This document shows, piece by piece, positions 59,134 through 64,000 of a DNA stretch of 64,000 bases. Origin of the DNA: an uncultured Candidatus Saccharibacteria bacterium. Lineage in GTDB: Bacteria; Patescibacteriota; Minisyncoccia; Phycocordibacterales; PALSA-1337. The stretch is from NCBI GenBank assembly GCA_964406895.1, contig CAYOTK010000002.1:6004-70003 (forward strand), written 5' to 3'. The notes below the pieces were generated by a model. It searched no databases. It saw only the letters and a list, made by a program, of their open reading frames with translations, and was not told the DNA's origin. Both the position numbers and the translations under genes were made by a program. Each line of letters starts with the position of its first letter. Within the stretch, counting starts at the first letter, position 1.

Positions 59134-60777
59134 ATGGCCAAAGATTATTCACAAATGAGTAAGGAAGAATTGCTTAATGTCATCGAAAAAATTGAAGCCC
59201 GAAAGAAATACGGGCTTATCTGGGACGAGGAAAAAGTAAAAGAGCAGTTTGAGAAAGATGCTCAAAATGCGTTGCCGGTCCTGAAGGAAATCAAAGGTAA
59301 AGAGATTAGGGACAAGGACGAATCAAAGCCGATCAATATTATGATTGAGGGAGACAACTACCACGCTCTTTCAGTTTTGAATTTTACTCATCAAGGCAAG
59401 GTTGATGTGATTTATATTGATCCCCCATATAACACTGGAAATAGAGACTTTAAATACAATGATAGTTATATCGATGAGGAAGATACTTATCGTCACAGCA
59501 AATGGTTATCATTCATGGCTAAGAGATTGAAGCTTGCAAAAGGTTTGCTTTCAAAAAATGGAATTATCTTTATAAGTATCGACGACAATGAACACGCTCA
59601 ACTCAGACTTCTATGTAATGAGATTTTCGATGAAAGAAACTTCGTAGGTACAGTCACCTGGGAAAAAAGAACCAAAGCTCAAAATACAGAAACGGCAAAG
59701 GAGATGTTTCAATCTAAGACTGAATATATTTTAGTCTTCAAAAACGATCTTGATAAAGTCAGGTTTAAACTAGAAGTAAGTGGAGAGAAAATCTACGATC
59801 TTGAGGATGAGAAAGGTCTTTATAGGTTGAAATTGGTCGAGGAAATGTCTGCGCTCGGTATGCGCGGTAGAGAGACTATGGTGTTTCCAATAGAAGATAT
59901 TACGCCTAGAAAAGGATACCAATGGAAAATAGGTAAAGATCAGATAGAAAAATATAAGGCAAAAAATGCTATTCAAATTATTGATGGTAAACCTTACATT
60001 AAGATTCGGCCAGAGGAAGAAACTAATCAAAAATTCTTACCGTTTTGGTCACACTTTTTTGACAAGGATACATACGGAACATCTGAAAGAGGTAAATCGG
60101 AATTATCAAAGATCTTAGGTGGAAATGGTCATGAGTTTGAAACAGTAAAACCTATAAATCTCATTAAAAAATTACTTTTTCACATAAACAAAAATGACGG
60201 TATTGTTTTAGATTTTTTTGCGGGATCTGGTACTACGGGGCACGCGGTTCTAGAAATGAATAAACAGGATGGTGGAAGCAGAAGGTTTATTCTCTGCACT
60301 AACGATGAAGGTAAAATTGCCACAGGCATCTGTTATCCAAGAATAGAGAAAGCTATATCTGGATACAAGGATAAAGATGAGAAAATTCAAGGTCTTGGCG
60401 GCTCATTAAAATATTTCAAAACAAAATTTGTAAAAAACACTTCGAATCCAGACGACGCTAAGAAAAAGATCACCGAGGAATGTACGGAAATGTTGTGCCT
60501 GCGCGAGAATATCTTTGATGAGATAAAAACCAAAAATGAATACAGAATATTCCAACGTGGCAATAAAATTCTCGCTGCGTATTACGCACTTGAACGTGCT
60601 GATCTCAAAGACCTGAAGAAGGAGCTGGATAAACTTGAGGGAGATAAGGTTCTCTATTGCTTTACCCTTGACCCCCTCGGTCTTGATAAGAAGGACTTCA
60701 AAGGTTGGGACAATGTAACGCTTGAGCCTATTCCGCAGAAAATCTTAGACGTCTATAAACAAATTTATGAGTATTGA
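59134..60777 (+). CDS. type III restriction-modification system methyltransferase (Mod, N6-adenine)
   Basis: DVIYIDPPYNTGN (motif IV); SAM-binding-like region LDFFAGSGTTG. Confidence 0.7.
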   Translation: MAKDYSQMSKEELLNVIEKIEARKKYGLIWDEEKVKEQFEKDAQNALPVLKEIKGKEIRDKDESKPINIMIEGDNYHALSVLNFTHQGKVDVIYIDPPYNTGNRDFKYNDSYIDEEDTYRHSKWLSFMAKRLKLAKGLLSKNGIIFISIDDNEHAQLRLLCNEIFDERNFVGTVTWEKRTKAQNTETAKEMFQSKTEYILVFKNDLDKVRFKLEVSGEKIYDLEDEKGLYRLKLVEEMSALGMRGRETMVFPIEDITPRKGYQWKIGKDQIEKYKAKNAIQIIDGKPYIKIRPEEETNQKFLPFWSHFFDKDTYGTSERGKSELSKILGGNGHEFETVKPINLIKKLLFHINKNDGIVLDFFAGSGTTGHAVLEMNKQDGGSRRFILCTNDEGKIATGICYPRIEKAISGYKDKDEKIQGLGGSLKYFKTKFVKNTSNPDDAKKKITEECTEMLCLRENIFDEIKTKNEYRIFQRGNKILAAYYALERADLKDLKKELDKLEGDKVLYCFTLDPLGLDKKDFKGWDNVTLEPIPQKILDVYKQIYEY

Positions 60778-63112
60778 TCTTAAACCATATCAAGAAAAAG
60801 CGGTCGATAAGCTGATCGAGACAACGGTCAAGTTTCTTTCGTATGACGGTCCTGGGGAGCTTTGTGTGTTCCAAGCACCCACTGGATCGGGTAAGACCGT
60901 GATGATGGCAAAATTTATCGAAGGTATTATCAAGGAGCTACCACAGGAAGATTTCTGTTTCGTTTGGATGAGTATTGGCAAGGGCGAACTTCACCTTCAG
61001 AGTAAGCATTCACTTGAAAGGATATTTGGTGGTTTTCCACGGGTAGTTTCAGTCGAGGAAGAATTCAGTGGTGGTCGCGAGCGTATCGTACAAAATGAAG
61101 TCGTCGTGGCTAACTGGGAGAAGCTTCGAACCAAGGATCGGGCATCCGGTGACTGGAAAAACCTCGTCATGAAGGATGGAGAAAAGCTCAACTTCCGTGA
61201 TGTTCTAGAGAAGACTCGAGAACAGCGAAAAATCATCCTCGTCATCGATGAGAGTCATGTAAGCGCCGATACCGCTCGCGCAAACGAGCTCCGTGAGCTT
61301 ATCAGTGCCGATGTGACTATTGAAATGAGTGCCACTCCACGTCGAATGCAGGAGGATCTAGGATTCATTCAGAAAGTGATAAGGGGTAAAGGCGAAGCTG
61401 GCTATGTTATGGTTGAACCGAAGGATGTAATAGATGAAGGAATGATCAAGAAGGAATTGATCATTAATGAAGATATTGGAAAGATTGCTGCCTCAGAAGA
61501 TGATTCACAGACGACAGTTCTCGAAGCAGCATATCGAAAGCGATTGGAGCTTAAGAAAGCTTTTGAAAAGGAAGGGTCGGACGTCAATCCCTTAGTCTTG
61601 GTACAAATACCAACAGCTGAAGCCGGTGATCAGAAAATTGATGCCGTAAAAAAGTTTTTGGCTGAGAAGAATATCACTGAGCGCAAAGGGAAATCAGGAA
61701 ACGGCAAACTTGCCATCTGGCTTGCCGAAGAAAAATCAGAGCTGATTGACTGGGTGTCGGAGCTGGACAACGAAATAGAATTTTTGATATTTAAACAAGC
61801 TATCGACACAGGCTGGGACTGTCCTCGTGCACATATTCTCGTAAAATTCCGTGAGACTCACAGCATTCCGTTCGAGATACAGACAGTCGGTCGTATACTG
61901 CGTATGCCGGAACAAAAGCATTACCAGAATGAGATACTTAATCGTGGCTACATTTACACGAACCTCAAGTCTATCGAGGTAAAAAAGGAAGAATACAATC
62001 CGAACATTATTAAGCACTTGCGGGCGGTGCGGACACCAGATTACAAACCAATCAAGCTCGAGTCGTATTATAAAACTCGCGCTGATTACGGTGACGTGAC
62101 ATCAAGCTTTAATCCTGTATTCGCGAAAGTTGCAGACGCCTATTTTGGTCTGAAGAGAGGTGATCCCGAGGAATCTATAAAGGTGATTGAAAAGGCTGGT
62201 ATTGATATGAATATTAAAAAATACCAACAAGAGCTTATAGCAGATACACATATTGATGCCAAAACATTTGACGGTATAGAAGGTAATATTTCAGCTGATG
62301 CAATGGCCAAGCTTTCAGTTGCCGCTGGCGAGCTACAACTTTTCTTTGAGCAGACTATCAAAAATAACCTTGGATCATTCAGGAATGTGAAGCGCTCGGT
62401 CCCAACCGTGAAGACGGCTATCTATTTGTGGTTCAGAAAGACTATAGGATCAAAGGAATGGGATGACGAAATGTTCATGACACAGAAGATATTCATGCAT
62501 GACAAGAATCGTGGTATTTTCGAGCACATCCTTTCTGAGGCCATAGATCAATACAAAGGAGTAAAGGAAGTGGAGGTCCGGGAGCGCGTCGAGGAAAGTG
62601 AACAATTCTACACCTTCGAACTCAGACCCGAGCAATTTTACAATGAACATGCAGACGAGACCGTGAAGGCTAGAAATTACGCATATGAGCCTTGTTATCT
62701 CAATGTCGACCGTTCACAGCCTGAGAGGGCGTTCGAGGCCTTTCTGGCCACGAATTCGGCCAAAATCGATTGGTGGTGGAAGAACGGGGAGAACAAATTG
62801 GACTATTTTGGCTTGAAATACGAGTATCAGGGCAGTATTTACACTTTCTATCCAGACTACCTAGTAAAGCTCGAAGATGGTCATATTGGCATTTTTGAGG
62901 TGAAGGAGTCGAACGATCGTGATGGCTTAAGTTACACAAAAGCAAAGGCTGAAGCATTGCAAAAATATCTAGCCCAGCAAAAGAATAAAAAGCTTTTCGG
63001 CGGTATTGTCGTTGAGCACAACAAGTCGTGGTTGATCAACAGTAATTCAAAATATAATTGGGAAAAGTGTGAGAAGGAAGATTGGGATGATTGGGATATA
63101 CTGAAATTCTGA
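60767..63112 (+). CDS. type III restriction enzyme Res subunit (SF2 helicase + endonuclease)
   Basis: Motif I FQAPTGSGKT, motif II VIDESH; overlaps the end of the Mod gene. Confidence 0.7.
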   Translation: MSIDLKPYQEKAVDKLIETTVKFLSYDGPGELCVFQAPTGSGKTVMMAKFIEGIIKELPQEDFCFVWMSIGKGELHLQSKHSLERIFGGFPRVVSVEEEFSGGRERIVQNEVVVANWEKLRTKDRASGDWKNLVMKDGEKLNFRDVLEKTREQRKIILVIDESHVSADTARANELRELISADVTIEMSATPRRMQEDLGFIQKVIRGKGEAGYVMVEPKDVIDEGMIKKELIINEDIGKIAASEDDSQTTVLEAAYRKRLELKKAFEKEGSDVNPLVLVQIPTAEAGDQKIDAVKKFLAEKNITERKGKSGNGKLAIWLAEEKSELIDWVSELDNEIEFLIFKQAIDTGWDCPRAHILVKFRETHSIPFEIQTVGRILRMPEQKHYQNEILNRGYIYTNLKSIEVKKEEYNPNIIKHLRAVRTPDYKPIKLESYYKTRADYGDVTSSFNPVFAKVADAYFGLKRGDPEESIKVIEKAGIDMNIKKYQQELIADTHIDAKTFDGIEGNISADAMAKLSVAAGELQLFFEQTIKNNLGSFRNVKRSVPTVKTAIYLWFRKTIGSKEWDDEMFMTQKIFMHDKNRGIFEHILSEAIDQYKGVKEVEVRERVEESEQFYTFELRPEQFYNEHADETVKARNYAYEPCYLNVDRSQPERAFEAFLATNSAKIDWWWKNGENKLDYFGLKYEYQGSIYTFYPDYLVKLEDGHIGIFEVKESNDRDGLSYTKAKAEALQKYLAQQKNKKLFGGIVVEHNKSWLINSNSKYNWEKCEKEDWDDWDILKF

Positions 63113-63118
63113 AAATGT

Positions 63119-63784
63119 ATGGCAACAAAGAAGTACCAAAAAGCAAGAAAAAAGATTCCAGCGGCAATTCAAAGAATTGTTAAAGTTGAAGCGAGACACA
63201 GCTGCATTGTTTGTAAAGTTATTAATGCTTTAGAGCTACATCATATCGATGGTGACAGAGAAAATAATAATTCAGAAAATATTGCTTGCATTTGCGCAAA
63301 TTGCCATACTCGAGCTGAGAACGGGGAAATTACTCGTATCGAACTAAAACAATATAAAGAAAAAGCTCAGGAGGAGGATGAGACTATTCGAAAACTGAAA
63401 CAGGAACTTGCCTATTATGGTAGAGGCACTTCTACGATTTCTGTCTCACAAAGTTTCAATCAAATAAAAATCAAGTACGAAAATATACTCCGTGATTTCT
63501 CTGACAAGATGATTTTTTATCAAAGTTTTATTTATTTGGCATCACCATTCTTTCTTGATCAAAGAGGGGATCGAACTAGAGAGATTATCAGAGAATTATT
63601 GGGAGTAAACCTAGAGGAAGAAAAAACAATTCTTTCTCATTTGAGATCAGCTGGGCTTTTAGATATTACCGGCGAGCTAGCTTCGCTTAAATACAAGGCG
63701 GACGCAAAGGTTGCGCTTAACGAGCTTATAGATACAGGTCGTATCGATCTGGATAAAACAACCCATCTTTTTGTAAATATATGA
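63119..63784 (+). CDS. HNH endonuclease domain protein
   Basis: CIVCKV...LHHIDGDRENNNSENIACICANCH (HNH Cys/His pattern). Confidence 0.55.
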   Translation: MATKKYQKARKKIPAAIQRIVKVEARHSCIVCKVINALELHHIDGDRENNNSENIACICANCHTRAENGEITRIELKQYKEKAQEEDETIRKLKQELAYYGRGTSTISVSQSFNQIKIKYENILRDFSDKMIFYQSFIYLASPFFLDQRGDRTREIIRELLGVNLEEEKTILSHLRSAGLLDITGELASLKYKADAKVALNELIDTGRIDLDKTTHLFVNI

Positions 63785-64000
63785 AAGATCAAAAGCAAAT
63801 TTTATCAAAATTAATGAGCCTCGATAATGCCAACGCTGACAAATATCTAGCGAAATTTGTCGATGAGCTTTTTGAAAAAGTTCGTGTTGCTTCTAATAAT
63901 GAAGAAGTCCTAAAATACCTGGATATTTTGGAAGAATTTCTTTACAAGGTTCCAAAACAGAGTGCTCTAATTATTCAGCATGTTATTGATCATCCTCTAG
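63781..64000 (+). CDS. hypothetical protein, 3'-truncated by window end
   Basis: Open frame from the ATG at 63781 to the window end. Confidence 0.2.
   Translation, partial: MKDQKQILSKLMSLDNANADKYLAKFVDELFEKVRVASNNEEVLKYLDILEEFLYKVPKQSALIIQHVIDHPL

Noticed and set aside
1-64000. CRISPR arrays, rRNA or tRNA genes
   Set aside because: I found no regularly spaced short direct repeats, no rRNA-like conserved segments and no convincing tRNA cloverleaf (checked the 40.3-41.1 kb gap and other intergenic regions).

Overview
Every credible gene in this low-GC (~35-40%) window lies on the + strand; the minus-strand ORFs in the track look like translation artefacts inside + strand genes. The compact genes, uniform strand and gene content suggest a small-genome bacterium, possibly CPR-like, but I could not test that. 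Positions 1-32.4 kb carry cellular genes and 32.4-57.9 kb carry a siphovirus-like prophage, followed by a Fic / type III R-M / HNH island.

Main features:
- A vWA protein with an HEGGH zincin-like motif, followed by a MoxR-type AAA+ ATPase.
- A diversity-generating retroelement (DGR) cassette with one template repeat (TR) and two variable repeats (VR). The VRs sit at the C-termini of the MoxR ATPase and of a stand-alone paralog of its C-terminal domain. The adjacent reverse transcriptase (RT) keeps only motifs 4-7.
- A Nudix / nucleotidyltransferase / HIT / AAA / methyltransferase cluster and a ~0.6 kb GC-rich island.
- An array of nine consecutive genes built around the PEP-utilizing phosphohistidine swivel domain, with a histidine phosphatase embedded. 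One gene is full-length PEP-synthase / rifampicin-phosphotransferase-like (ATP-grasp + central domain + swivel domain). Six paralogs have a variable central domain plus swivel domain but no ATP-grasp domain, and a further unit is split into a central-domain ORF and a stand-alone swivel-domain ORF. The 3' ends are near-identical at nucleotide level.
- An SDR, two ABC transporters, a SIMPL-like protein, pyrD and gap.
- The prophage has replication genes, two DNA methyltransferases, terminase, portal-MuF fusion, prohead protease, capsid, connector genes and a major tail protein. It also has a tail chaperone with a -1 frameshift site, tape measure, three tandem Gly-rich tail-fibre paralogs and a lysis module.

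The two candidate novel systems are:
1. The DGR that hypermutates the C-terminal domain of a vWA-MoxR NTPase system.
2. The swivel-domain phosphotransferase paralog array.
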